From positions 152,297 to 216,296 of IMG/VR virus record IMGVR_UViG_3300037245_003526: 64,000 nucleotides of DNA; one strand, given 5' to 3'. Both the position numbers and the translations under genes were made by a program. Within the stretch, counting starts at the first letter, position 1. The number at the start of each line of letters is the position of its first letter. The stretch is from a virus. Below are positions 34,543 through 44,316 of the stretch, in pieces. The notes under the pieces were generated by a model. The model was given only the letters and a program-made list of their open reading frames with translations. It did no database searches and had not been told where the DNA came from.

Positions 34543-34811
34543 AAGATGAAGAAGTATATAAAATGGCATTAGAAAAATGGGGACTCAAAGCTCAAGTAGG
34601 AATGTTTATAGAAGAAGTTGGAGAAGCTCTTACTGCTATAAATCATTTTGAAAGAGGTAGAATACCCATAGAAGAACTCATTGAAGAATTTGTAGATGTA
34701 TTTTTAATGGCGAATCAAATGAGATATATTCATAAAGAAACATTTGATAAGATTTATAAATATAAACTTAATAGAGTAAAAAAGAAATTAGGTCTGGAGG
34801 TTGATATATGA
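34539..34811 (+). CDS. MazG-like nucleotide pyrophosphohydrolase (small)
   Basis: EEVGEALTAI...FVDVFLMANQ; start reassigned to an ATG overlapping the upstream stop (ATGA). Confidence 0.4.
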   Translation: MKDEEVYKMALEKWGLKAQVGMFIEEVGEALTAINHFERGRIPIEELIEEFVDVFLMANQMRYIHKETFDKIYKYKLNRVKKKLGLEVDI

Positions 34812-35800
34812 GTAGATTGATTTATGTACCTCAATACCCAACTAAGATGAGATACTCTGAATGGTGGTTTGGTAAGTTAGCAAAAGAATTCAATAAACAT
34901 TTTGATGAAGTTTATATACTTGGAGATGATTCAGAGGTATATTATAGAGGTGAATCAGTAGCATTTTCTCCAGTAGATCAATCAATAAAATTTGAAACTA
35001 GTCAAATAAAACATTATATGAATATCGAACTTAGAGATGATGATATTTTATTTTTAGCTGATATTAGCTTTCCAGGAATTTTCCCAAATGTATTATTTCA
35101 TAAACGTCCAAAAAATTGTTTTGCATTTTGTCATGGTACTGCAAAAAATAAATATGATTATTATTCTAAAGATAAAAAATCAAAATTTGGAATAGAAACT
35201 AATCAATCAAAAATATTTGATGCTATATTTGTAGGATCAAAATATCATAAAGATAAATTAGGTTGGGATAATACTATAGTAACTACTCTTCCTCCTCCAC
35301 CAGACTATATAATTAAACCATCAACCTATATTAAAAAGACAAGAGATATAATTAGTGTTGCTAGACCTTGTGTACAAAAAGTTAATAAAACTATTGAAAA
35401 GAAAGTATCTAAATGGTTTTCTCCAATTGAAAGAAAAGAAGTTATTGAATGGACAAACTATTGTGATTTTCTTTCATCAGCAAAAGCATTACTTATATCT
35501 ACTAAAGAGGATACATTTAATTATACAATTATGGATGCAATAAAATGTGGTTGTGTACCTATAGCACCTAATAACTTATGTTTCCCTGAAATACTTCCCA
35601 GAGATTATCTTTATAATAACGAAAATGAGTTATATACGATTATAAATAAAGTCCTTGATGGGGATATGGGTGTACCTGAGTTATTGTGCCAGGAACAAGT
35701 AAATGGGTTTTATGACAACATATGTTATATAATGAAAGAGAATAGACCCTATATAGGATTAACAAATTGTGATTTTAATGAAGCTATGGAAGGAATATAA
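34808..35800 (+). CDS. glycosyltransferase (GT-B fold, GT4-like C-terminus)
   Basis: EDTFNYTIMDAIKCGCVPIAPN resembles the GT4 E..G..L.EAM..G.P.I motif. Confidence 0.45.
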   Translation: MSRLIYVPQYPTKMRYSEWWFGKLAKEFNKHFDEVYILGDDSEVYYRGESVAFSPVDQSIKFETSQIKHYMNIELRDDDILFLADISFPGIFPNVLFHKRPKNCFAFCHGTAKNKYDYYSKDKKSKFGIETNQSKIFDAIFVGSKYHKDKLGWDNTIVTTLPPPPDYIIKPSTYIKKTRDIISVARPCVQKVNKTIEKKVSKWFSPIERKEVIEWTNYCDFLSSAKALLISTKEDTFNYTIMDAIKCGCVPIAPNNLCFPEILPRDYLYNNENELYTIINKVLDGDMGVPELLCQEQVNGFYDNICYIMKENRPYIGLTNCDFNEAMEGI

Positions 35801-35820
35801 ATTATAATTTTAGAAAAGTA

Positions 35821-36609
35821 ATGAAAGGAAATAAATTGAAAACTCTAAAACAAAAAAGAGAATATAATCGAAAGAGACAAACGAATGAACGTGGAAAAGC
35901 AGCTCCATTATCTGGTAGAAAACGAGAACTCCAAACTTGTCAATTTGATGATGATATAAGAAAAGCTCCAGTCTATGCTTTACAGCAACATAGAGCAAGT
36001 GGATCTGATATTAATCGTATGCTGACCTCAAGAGAAATTGGAGAAATAACTTTTTATAAATGGAGAACAATAGATGCAGTTATACGAAATTTATCAGATC
36101 ATTCTTGTTTTAAAGATATGATAGTAAAGGAAAATCATGGAGCAAATACAATATCTTATTTTAAAATGAAAGATATGTATCGTAATTTTCCATTAGATAG
36201 TCTAATGTTAATGATTGAAATGACATATGATTCTACAAGAATTTATCATGGAAAAAATAATGGACCAAATAAACCAGAATCCTTAATACTTTCTATATTA
36301 CGAAGTACCCATCCTGGAGAATGGTTATTTTCAGGAGACAGATCAGAACCAAAAATTGGAAGATGTTGGCCAGATTTTACTTGTTATAAATACAAATTAT
36401 TAATAGAACATTTTGGTGACTATTATCATAGTAAAGTTTTTACAGGTAAAAGTAAAAAAGAACATGAACAAGAAAAAATAAAAGGATTTAAAAAACATGG
36501 TTGGAATACATTAGTAATATGGGAAAAAGAAACTATAAATATTAAAAAAATGGAACAAAAAATAATTAATTTTATTGAAAAGAACATAAAGGGAAAATTA
36601 GATGTCTAA
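35821..36609 (+). CDS. DUF559/Vsr-like endonuclease domain protein (possible homing endonuclease)
   Basis: CWPDFTCYKYKLLIEHFGDYYH...GWNTLVIWEKE resembles the Vsr/DUF559 core (..vDF...EvDG..H...GW.V.R.WE.E). Confidence 0.45.
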   Translation: MKGNKLKTLKQKREYNRKRQTNERGKAAPLSGRKRELQTCQFDDDIRKAPVYALQQHRASGSDINRMLTSREIGEITFYKWRTIDAVIRNLSDHSCFKDMIVKENHGANTISYFKMKDMYRNFPLDSLMLMIEMTYDSTRIYHGKNNGPNKPESLILSILRSTHPGEWLFSGDRSEPKIGRCWPDFTCYKYKLLIEHFGDYYHSKVFTGKSKKEHEQEKIKGFKKHGWNTLVIWEKETINIKKMEQKIINFIEKNIKGKLDV

Positions 36610-37120
36610 TATAAGTCCATATCAAGTATTTTGGAACTGGATATTTGATGGAAAAAAGAATTCACCAATTCCACAACAAGAGGTTCTTCTAAAATATAAC
36701 TCACCTATTACATGTACATATCTTATGAGATCATTTATAGGTAATGCAAAGTTGAATCTATATATGAATACTTATATGAATAATCTTGGTCTGAGATATA
36801 TTAAATTAGAAGATTTATTTAAGTTTATTAAACAAGCAGTTAAAGACTTTAAAGTAAGAAGAAAATCAATTCACTATATCACTTGGGAAAGAAAAACTAC
36901 TCTATATGAAAAGGTTAGAAAAAAGTTTCCATTATTAAAAGGTCATGAAGTTTCTCTTTTCTGTGATCTCATTGATAAGTCACCTGAGAAAGATTCAGTA
37001 TATTCATCATTCGGAATTGATAAACCAAAAAAACAAAATAAGAAAAATGGTAAAAAATCAAAGAAAAAAATAAACCAAAAAAATTTTATAGCTGAGAATT
37101 TTAATTTGGTCAATGTTTAA
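36602..37120 (+). CDS. hypothetical protein with a Lys-rich C-terminus
   Basis: ORF. Confidence 0.35.
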   Translation: MSNISPYQVFWNWIFDGKKNSPIPQQEVLLKYNSPITCTYLMRSFIGNAKLNLYMNTYMNNLGLRYIKLEDLFKFIKQAVKDFKVRRKSIHYITWERKTTLYEKVRKKFPLLKGHEVSLFCDLIDKSPEKDSVYSSFGIDKPKKQNKKNGKKSKKKINQKNFIAENFNLVNV

Positions 37121-37158
37121 ATGGGGGTCACTTTAAAGCAACCCCCCATTTAAACCAC

Positions 37159-37557
37159 CTAAAGAATAATCAAAAATGTTGTATTCCATAAGAAATGCAT
37201 ACATACAGCTTCTTTATAACCCCATCTAACTTGGGTTTTATAAAATCCATAATGTGCTGTTGATGCCAATACCCTATAGAATAAGAACCATGATAACTCC
37301 ATTTCTGAAAAAGCAAACCGGTAAGTGATTCCCTCAATAAGCACAAACCATATAGTCCATGATAATCCTACTCCTGAATCAATTGCTCTCTTTCTTCCAT
37401 ATTCCTCCATTAGAGGACATATAACTAATCCACTTAGGAGAAACACATATTCAGGACACATCACTAATTCAACCCCAGTTTCAGATATACATATCAGAAT
37501 AGTTAAGACCATTATTGATATCAAACATAAACTGTGATTTTTTATTGCTACTGTCAT
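37159..37557 (-). CDS. CPBP (CAAX protease / Abi) family intramembrane metalloprotease
   Basis: motifs EEYGRKR (EExxxR), ..AHYGF (FxxxH-like) and HFLWN (HxxxN) in a 4-5 TM protein. Confidence 0.55.
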   Translation of the reverse strand: MTVAIKNHSLCLISIMVLTILICISETGVELVMCPEYVFLLSGLVICPLMEEYGRKRAIDSGVGLSWTIWFVLIEGITYRFAFSEMELSWFLFYRVLASTAHYGFYKTQVRWGYKEAVCMHFLWNTTFLIIL

Positions 37558-37568
37558 ATTTTCCTCCG

Positions 37569-37715
37569 TTAAGCTTTTACTTCAAATCCAAAACAACACC
37601 AGTGACACAACACTGTTTCTTTTTCAGAATTTAAAGCGTACTCAGAAGTTAAGTTACAATTTGGGCATTTTCTTACTACTATTGCCACAAACATTGATTT
37701 AAGATAATAAGACAT
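37569..37715 (-). CDS. small Cys-containing peptide (~48 aa) immediately upstream of the CPBP protease
   Basis: not in the track; strong RBS AAAAAGGAGATTAAATATG; CPNC...CHWCC; co-directional with the protease and 11 nt from it. Confidence 0.35.
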   Translation of the reverse strand: MSYYLKSMFVAIVVRKCPNCNLTSEYALNSEKETVLCHWCCFGFEVKA

Positions 37716-37774
37716 ATTTAATCTCCTTTTTTAAAAGTTAAAATCAAAACTAAATACTCCTATCTATCAAACCA

Positions 37775-37790
37775 TAATATATATAGTATA
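37775..37790 (-). promoter_or_regulatory. AATATATATAGTATA motif upstream of the peptide/CPBP operon
   Basis: ATAATATATATAGTATA ... ATAATGGAT, close to the 58349 and 59169 copies. Confidence 0.3.
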
Positions 37791-37822
37791 TCTCGATATA
37801 ATGGATTATTTTTTTTACGATA

Positions 37823-37840
37823 GGAACATAATATAAATGG
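37823..37840 (+). promoter_or_regulatory. promoter-like motif GGAACATAATATAAATGG upstream of DNA polymerase
   Basis: GAACATAT-family motif. Confidence 0.35.
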
Positions 37841-37869
37841 ATGAATTAATATAAAATGAAAGGGGTTAT

Positions 37870-40800
37870 ATGTTTTCGATAAAAGACTCGTTCGCTGATT
37901 GTTCTAAATGCTCCCTATCAAACGCACCTTCCTGTATACTTGAAACTAATTCAAAAAGTGACTTATCAAAAGTTGACGTGGTATTCGTAAGTGAGAATCC
38001 AGGTAAGAATGAAGTTGAAAAACAGGTTCCGTTGATAGGGAAAGCAGGACAAACATTTAGAAAGTATTTTAACAAGTATATAAAGAAAGAGTGTAAGTGG
38101 TTATTAACGAATTGTGTTTTATGTCTTACCCTTGATGAAAAAGGTAATACAGGAAATCCGGAAGATGAAGTTATAGATAGATGTAAAGAAAATTGTTTTA
38201 GGATTATTGAAGCATGTAATCCAAAATTAATAGTTCTTATGGGTACATCTCCAATGAAAGCTTTTGGTCTTGGTAAAAGTGGAATAACTAATCTAAGAGG
38301 AAAGATGTTTAATTGGAAAGGTACTCAAGTTTTATTAACTGTTCATCCGTCTTATGTAAATAGAAATAGAACATTTGAAGAAAAGTTTGAAAGAGATATA
38401 ATAAGCGCAGCTAACATAGTAGCATTTTTGGATAAACCTATACAAATAGATGTAGATGCAAGTGAAGCAGAAAAAGGAGAAAAAGGAATATTCAGATATA
38501 AGATTCCGGATAAGTTTTATACTGATGATTTTAGATTAGTTGATATTCAATATCTTAATAAAACAAATGAAGTACTTTATATATTCAGGGATAGAGATAA
38601 TAAGAAAGTATATCATAAAGAGTGTGATGATTATATAGCGTATGTTACACCAGAAGGGTTACCACCACGAAAGATAATTCCTTATGATCAGTTACACCAA
38701 ATAAAAGTTTCATATAAGGAAAAAGTAAAATTAGATTTTGAAACTACTTATGAAGGTGATCTTAGAGTAACAGTAAAACATGCTATGGATTATTATCATT
38801 TTAATAAAGCGGAAGCAGATAAAATAAATTCTAATATAATGTTTGCTGATATTGAGATAGATACAGGAATTGATAATAAATCTTTTCCGCATCCAAAAGA
38901 AGCTAAGTATCCAATTAATATGATTTCAACTGTATATCATAAAAAAGTTATATGTTATGTAATAGATAATAATACAGATCCTATAGAAGAACAAGAAGGT
39001 GCTGAAATAAAAATATTTAAAAATGAGCGTAAGATGCTTACTACTTTCATTGCTGACTTTAAAGAAACTGATCCTGATTTTATTGCTGGTTGGAATGCAA
39101 TATCATTCGACCTTGAATATATTTTCAATAGACTTCCAAGAATAAAAATATCAAAAGAAAGTTTTTCAAAGTTTGGAGAATTCTATGTTGATGGTTTTAG
39201 ATATGTATGTAACCTTCCTGGTTGTATAGTATTAGATCAATTATTCTTATATAAGTCATTTACATTTACTAAAAAAGAAAATTATAAACTTGGTACAATT
39301 GGAGAAATTGAAGTAAAGGTATCTAAGGTTAAAATGGAATTTCCTATAAACGAAATGTATTATAAAGATATTAATAAACTAATTGAATATAATATAAGGG
39401 ACTCCGTACTTCTAGATAAATTGGAAGATAAACTTGGACATATAAATTTATTGAATGAGTTAAGGATAATATGTAATTCAAGTTTTGATGGAGCAAGTTC
39501 CCCATTCGGTCAAGTGGATTCTATAATAGTTTCATTCTTGAGAGAAAAAGGATTAGCATCTAAGAATTCAAATCCGCATGTTCCTAAAAAAGATTATCCA
39601 GGAGCATTTGTTCTTGAACCAACACCAGGTGTTTATGATTATGCAGCTGACCTTGATTATACATCACTATATCCATCGTTAATTATGACATATAATATAG
39701 GGGTTAATAATTTTGTTATGAGGACTGAGGACCCTGCTGTTGGTCATGATATAGCATATAACCCTGATAGTATGTCAGAGGAAATAACTATTATTGATGA
39801 TCCAACTTTTGAAAAGAAAAGAATTTTTATGAAGAAAGAAGCTATATTAAAAAAGATAAAAGATGAAAATCTAATTCATACTATTAATGGATGTTTCTTC
39901 AAAAATCATTCTGACGAGGTATCAATTTATTCACAGGTTCTTGAAAGTCTTTTAAGTGGTAGACGAGCATATAAAAAGAAGATGCTTGATGCTAAAGAAG
40001 CTGGAGATGAACAGTTGAAGGATTTTTATAATACTAAACAGATGGTTTATAAGGTTCTTGCTAACTCCTTATATGGAGTAATTGCAAATAAAGCTTTTAG
40101 GTTTTTTGATATTAATTGTGCTGCAGCAATAACTTTAGGAGGACAAGAAACATTAAAGACTTCGATAATAGAAGGTGATGCCTATATGACATTTTTAAAG
40201 GGTGATTCAAAAGACCCATTAGAAGGAGTTGTTGATGTTACTAGAAAAGAAGTCTATGATAAAGTAATGCCAAACCGAAAACCAAAAAATATAATAACAG
40301 GTGATACAGATTCAATTTTTATTTGTTTTGAAAAATTTAAAGGAAAGAAAACTGATGAAATGATAATAGGTTGGTGTAATAGAATGCAGGATTATTTAAA
40401 CAGTATATCAATTCAAAAAACTATTGCTCGTCATAATGTTCCTTCTAAATATAATAAATTAGAACTTAAAAATGAGTTAGTAATAAGAAGGGGACTATTT
40501 CTTGCAAAGAAATACTATTCAATATATGTAACAAATCAAGAAGGCAGAGCTATTGATGAAATAGTTTATATGGGTATTTCAGTAAAGAGATCAGATACTC
40601 CATCTCATACAAAGGTTTTTCTAAAAGAGTTATTAGATATTATTTTAAAATCCGAATCATTTGGTTTGCCTCTTTTATTTAAGTTTATAAATCAAAAAGA
40701 AAAAGAATTTATTAAACTTATAAAAGAAGGTTCTAAAACAGTAGCAAAACCGGTTGGTTGGAATAAACCTCTTAAAGAATATAAGAGTTTACCAGAAGGT

Positions 40801-41115
40801 GTTAGAGGAATGGCAAACTTTAATGAAGTATCATATCCTATACATTCAATTGGTAATAGGGGATATCTATTTCATGTTAACGGAATTGATCTTGATAAAG
40901 CTCCACAAGATGTTGTTGATAATTATAATAAAAATATGTTAGTAAAAGGAAAGAAATTAGATATTGTTGTTGTACCAGATGAAGAAGAAACTTTACCTGA
41001 TTATTATAATCCAAATGTAAAAATGATGTTAGCTAAATCATTTAAAGAACGATATGAACTTATTTTGAAACCATTAACAGAAGCTAAGAAGAAAGAAGAA
41101 ATAATGACTATATAA
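37870..41115 (+). CDS. family B DNA polymerase with 3'-5' exonuclease domain
   Basis: 1081 aa; DLDYTSLYPSLI (motif A), ITGDTDSIF (motif C, YGDTDS-like), KxxxNSxYG-like NSLYGV (motif B). Confidence 0.9.
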   Translation: MFSIKDSFADCSKCSLSNAPSCILETNSKSDLSKVDVVFVSENPGKNEVEKQVPLIGKAGQTFRKYFNKYIKKECKWLLTNCVLCLTLDEKGNTGNPEDEVIDRCKENCFRIIEACNPKLIVLMGTSPMKAFGLGKSGITNLRGKMFNWKGTQVLLTVHPSYVNRNRTFEEKFERDIISAANIVAFLDKPIQIDVDASEAEKGEKGIFRYKIPDKFYTDDFRLVDIQYLNKTNEVLYIFRDRDNKKVYHKECDDYIAYVTPEGLPPRKIIPYDQLHQIKVSYKEKVKLDFETTYEGDLRVTVKHAMDYYHFNKAEADKINSNIMFADIEIDTGIDNKSFPHPKEAKYPINMISTVYHKKVICYVIDNNTDPIEEQEGAEIKIFKNERKMLTTFIADFKETDPDFIAGWNAISFDLEYIFNRLPRIKISKESFSKFGEFYVDGFRYVCNLPGCIVLDQLFLYKSFTFTKKENYKLGTIGEIEVKVSKVKMEFPINEMYYKDINKLIEYNIRDSVLLDKLEDKLGHINLLNELRIICNSSFDGASSPFGQVDSIIVSFLREKGLASKNSNPHVPKKDYPGAFVLEPTPGVYDYAADLDYTSLYPSLIMTYNIGVNNFVMRTEDPAVGHDIAYNPDSMSEEITIIDDPTFEKKRIFMKKEAILKKIKDENLIHTINGCFFKNHSDEVSIYSQVLESLLSGRRAYKKKMLDAKEAGDEQLKDFYNTKQMVYKVLANSLYGVIANKAFRFFDINCAAAITLGGQETLKTSIIEGDAYMTFLKGDSKDPLEGVVDVTRKEVYDKVMPNRKPKNIITGDTDSIFICFEKFKGKKTDEMIIGWCNRMQDYLNSISIQKTIARHNVPSKYNKLELKNELVIRRGLFLAKKYYSIYVTNQEGRAIDEIVYMGISVKRSDTPSHTKVFLKELLDIILKSESFGLPLLFKFINQKEKEFIKLIKEGSKTVAKPVGWNKPLKEYKSLPEGVRGMANFNEVSYPIHSIGNRGYLFHVNGIDLDKAPQDVVDNYNKNMLVKGKKLDIVVVPDEEETLPDYYNPNVKMMLAKSFKERYELILKPLTEAKKKEEIMTI

Positions 41116-41130
41116 AAAAAGGAGAATATT

Positions 41131-41325
41131 ATGTCAGATGAAAAGAAAGAAGTTCTTGTATCTAATAAAGCTCAATGTAATCAATGTAAAACTATAATTG
41201 AATCAACACACAGACATGATTTTAAATATTGTGCTTGTGGTGCTATTTTTGTTGATGGAGGTTTAGATTATATTAGACGCGGAGGTCAGCTTGAAGATAT
41301 AATTGACCTGTGTGAATATGAATAA
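41131..41325 (+). CDS. small zinc-ribbon protein
   Basis: CNQCK...CACG; RBS AAAGGAGAATATTATG. Confidence 0.4.
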   Translation: MSDEKKEVLVSNKAQCNQCKTIIESTHRHDFKYCACGAIFVDGGLDYIRRGGQLEDIIDLCEYE

Positions 41326-41343
41326 GTATTTATTTGTTTTAAT

Positions 41344-41365
41344 GAGAACATATTAATATAAATTG
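41344..41365 (+). promoter_or_regulatory. promoter-like motif GAGAACATATTAATATAAATTG
   Basis: GAACATAT-family motif upstream of queE. Confidence 0.35.
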
Positions 41366-41377
41366 AAAGGGGTGAAA

Positions 41378-42049
41378 ATGGAATCAGTTAAACTAATTGA
41401 AAACTTTTATAGTTTCCAAGGAGAGGGTCCGGATTGTGGAAAATCAATGGTAATCATTAGATTCAAATATTGTGATAGAGTAGAAAATAAAAATCCATGC
41501 CAATGGTGTGATACTCTAGTTAAAATGAGAATTCAAAATGAAGCTGAATATTCAATTAAAGATATTCAGTCAGGAATAAAAAAACATAAATGTGGTATAT
41601 TAATAACTGGTGGTGAACCTACTTATAGGAATAATCTACCTCAAACAATTGCACTTCTTAATCAACTTGAATATCCTATAGCAAATGTAGAAACTAATGG
41701 TCATCAATTATGTAAATTAAGAAGTACCATATCATTAGATTCAAGAAATATAAAATTCATATTCTCACCAAAATTATTTTCAAGAAAAGATTTAGTTGAA
41801 GCAAGAGATATAATAAAAATTGTAAAAAATGATCCGAGGGTATATTTAAAAGTTGTATGGGATTATCTTCCTTTAACTAAAGAATTTCTTTATAGTTTAA
41901 GAGAAGTTGATAATTCAAAAATTTTTATAATGCCTCAGGGTAAAACTAAAGAAGAATTGTTTAAATGTGCACCAGATGTATTTGATTTATGTGAAGAGTT
42001 AAAGTTTAATTTTTCAAGTCGAGCACATATAATTTATGACTTTGTTTAG
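41378..42049 (+). CDS. queE: 7-carboxy-7-deazaguanine synthase (QueE, radical SAM)
   Basis: FYSFQGEGPDCGKSMVIIRFKYC...CQWCDT and ILITGGEPT match the QueE N-terminus and Cys triad; start moved to an Met with RBS (the track start lies in the promoter motif). Confidence 0.65.
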   Translation: MESVKLIENFYSFQGEGPDCGKSMVIIRFKYCDRVENKNPCQWCDTLVKMRIQNEAEYSIKDIQSGIKKHKCGILITGGEPTYRNNLPQTIALLNQLEYPIANVETNGHQLCKLRSTISLDSRNIKFIFSPKLFSRKDLVEARDIIKIVKNDPRVYLKVVWDYLPLTKEFLYSLREVDNSKIFIMPQGKTKEELFKCAPDVFDLCEELKFNFSSRAHIIYDFV

Positions 42050-42067
42050 GATGAAAGGAAAAGAAAA

Positions 42068-42310
42068 GTGGCGTATTATAAAAACAATAGTAGTATTGTA
42101 GAAAGAAATAATGGAATATTGGTAGTTCGAAAACCAGGTGAACCATTTGAAATTCTACTTAAGCGATTCAAAAAGAAAGTAATGAATTGTCAAATATTAC
42201 AGGAATTGAAAATGAGGCAAGAGTTCGAAAAACCAAGTCAGAAAAGGATGCGAAAAAAACGAGCTGCAATTAAGAGGATGAAAGACGCAAATAAACAACA
42301 ACGAAATTAA
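42068..42310 (+). CDS. rpsU: ribosomal protein bS21 homologue
   Basis: ILVVRKPGEPFEILLKRFKKKV...LKMRQEFEKPSQKRMRKKRAAIKR fits the S21 consensus (VxVRxNEpfexALRRFKR....REfyEKPtt.RKR). Confidence 0.7.
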   Translation: MAYYKNNSSIVERNNGILVVRKPGEPFEILLKRFKKKVMNCQILQELKMRQEFEKPSQKRMRKKRAAIKRMKDANKQQRN

Positions 42311-42323
42311 AAGGAGAATTAGA

Positions 42324-42605
42324 ATGAGTGATTTAGTTGCAATTGGTGATCATGTTATAGGGAGAGAAATAATTGAAACAACAAGTAAAGGTGGGATAAT
42401 AATCCCTGAAACTGCTGCACCAACTACTCCTCAACTTGAATGTGAAGTAGTATCAGTTGGTCCAGATGTATCATCAGCTCTAAAAGTTGGGGATACTATA
42501 TATTGTCATCAACGAGGTGGACAAGCTCTTATGTTGGATGGTGTATTATATAAAGTTTTGAAGCTTGGTGAAGTATATGGAAGGAAGGTGAGGAATGGGG
42601 AATAA
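42324..42605 (+). CDS. groES: GroES-like co-chaperonin (Hsp10)
   Basis: VAIGDHVIGREIIETTSKGGIIIPETAA...KVGDTIY fits the GroES pattern (rvlvkr.e.e.kt.gGIvlpd.a). Confidence 0.7.
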   Translation: MSDLVAIGDHVIGREIIETTSKGGIIIPETAAPTTPQLECEVVSVGPDVSSALKVGDTIYCHQRGGQALMLDGVLYKVLKLGEVYGRKVRNGE

Positions 42606-43395
42606 TATTATAGAAATACAGGCAAGAGATTTATATGATGCCTGGTTTCAATGTATTTATAAAGTAATTGATGAAGGTAATGTATTCAAGATTGATGAAG
42701 GATCTTATGCAGGAAGTGAAAGATTAGAATTTGATCATATTACAGTTCAAATTAAATACCCTGGTTCAAGACCTTTACTTCCTAAAATATCAGAGAGATG
42801 GGCAATACCTGATCCTGTAGAAGAAGGATATCTTAATGACTACCTTCCATATTTAATGACTGGCGAATTGAAGGAAGGTGAATCATATACTTATGGTCAA
42901 AGGATTTGTAACTATCCTATTCCTCCAATTAAAGATATGTCTACTAAGGGTATTTATATAGATGATTCAGAAATATGGAATAATGATAAAATAATATCCA
43001 TAGAAGGTTATACTTCTTTCTTAAATCAAATGGAACTACTTATTTGGACATATAAAAATAAAGGTTTTAGAAATAACCAAATGGTCCTCCAAGTAGCACA
43101 TCCATCTGATATGGTATTACAAGATCCTCCATGTTTGAGACATATCGATACTAGAATTCAAGATGGTAAACTTCACTTCTTTCCCTATTTCAGATCATGG
43201 GATCTGTGGGGTGGTTTTCCGGCAAATCTGGGAGCACTTCAATTGATGAAGGAATATATAGCAATGGAAATTGGAGTGGAGGATGGGGAAATAATTGCTT
43301 CATCAAAAGGGTTACATCTTTATAAACATGTTTTCGATATTGCTAAAATAATTTCAATTAGAGAAGAAGTAGAACTAAATTATGGATCAATGTGA
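42595..43395 (+). CDS. thymidylate-synthase-fold deoxynucleotide hydroxymethylase (dCMP/dUMP hydroxymethyltransferase-like)
   Basis: ...VLQDPPCLRHID has the TS catalytic PPC(H) motif; ~266 aa. Confidence 0.55.
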   Translation: MGNNIIEIQARDLYDAWFQCIYKVIDEGNVFKIDEGSYAGSERLEFDHITVQIKYPGSRPLLPKISERWAIPDPVEEGYLNDYLPYLMTGELKEGESYTYGQRICNYPIPPIKDMSTKGIYIDDSEIWNNDKIISIEGYTSFLNQMELLIWTYKNKGFRNNQMVLQVAHPSDMVLQDPPCLRHIDTRIQDGKLHFFPYFRSWDLWGGFPANLGALQLMKEYIAMEIGVEDGEIIASSKGLHLYKHVFDIAKIISIREEVELNYGSM

Positions 43396-43473
43396 TCTTA
43401 ATTTTTAACCCACCACCCCCGGATAAAGTGCTCTTCCTAGATTATTAGGAAGGGCACTTTTGAGGTAATAAGA

Positions 43474-44250
43474 ATGGATAAAATAAAAATAGATAAAACA
43501 TTTTTTGACCCAACATTTCCACTCCTAGATAAATTCAGAGAATTAGCACCAGGTTCATACAAACATTGTCAGAACGTTTCTAATATGTGTGAAACAATTG
43601 CTTCCGAGTTGGGTCTTAATATAGAGTTAATAAAGTGTGCTGCTTTATATCATGACTGTGGAAAAATGAATACTCCTCTTTATTTTTCTGAGAATCAATC
43701 AGTAGGAGTTAATATTCATGATACTTTGGATCCATATATGTCATATCATATGATAACTAAACATGTTGGTGATGGAGTTATTCATTTACTACAAGTGGAA
43801 GATATGCCACATGAAGTTATTGAAATAATAAGTCAACATCATGGAGATACAATTGTTCAAGCATTTCATGTTGAAGGTGAACCAGAAGATAAATTTAGAT
43901 ATAAGTGTCCTAGACCTGAATCAACTGAAGCATTAATTTTAATGATAGTAGACTCAGTAGAGGCAACTGCTAAAGCACTCTTTAATAATAATGATAAAGA
44001 AGATACTAAAAAAATAATTTCAAAAGCAATTGATGGAACTGTAGAAAGATTGGCAAATGATCGCCAGCTTGATAATATGAAAATAGGAACACTAAATATA
44101 ACAAAAAAATTCCTTACCAAAGAATTAGAATCAATTTATCATAAGAGGGTATTATATGATACTGCTGAAGATGAAAAAACTGTTGGAGAAGAAATAGATA
44201 ATAAACCAGATATATCTGATGTTCAACAATCAACTCTTGCTGGGGTTTAG
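43474..44250 (+). CDS. HD-domain phosphohydrolase
   Basis: ...YKHCQNVS...AALYHDCGK (H...HD). Confidence 0.55.
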   Translation: MDKIKIDKTFFDPTFPLLDKFRELAPGSYKHCQNVSNMCETIASELGLNIELIKCAALYHDCGKMNTPLYFSENQSVGVNIHDTLDPYMSYHMITKHVGDGVIHLLQVEDMPHEVIEIISQHHGDTIVQAFHVEGEPEDKFRYKCPRPESTEALILMIVDSVEATAKALFNNNDKEDTKKIISKAIDGTVERLANDRQLDNMKIGTLNITKKFLTKELESIYHKRVLYDTAEDEKTVGEEIDNKPDISDVQQSTLAGV

Positions 44251-44267
44251 GTCTTTTTTAATGTTAA

Positions 44268-44286
44268 TGGTAACATATTATAAAGG
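44268..44286 (+). promoter_or_regulatory. promoter-like motif GGTAACATATTATAAAGG
   Basis: GAACATAT-family motif upstream of the TGT-like gene. Confidence 0.35.
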
Positions 44287-44316
44287 AAATTGAATCATTA
44301 AAAAAGGAGAAAATAA

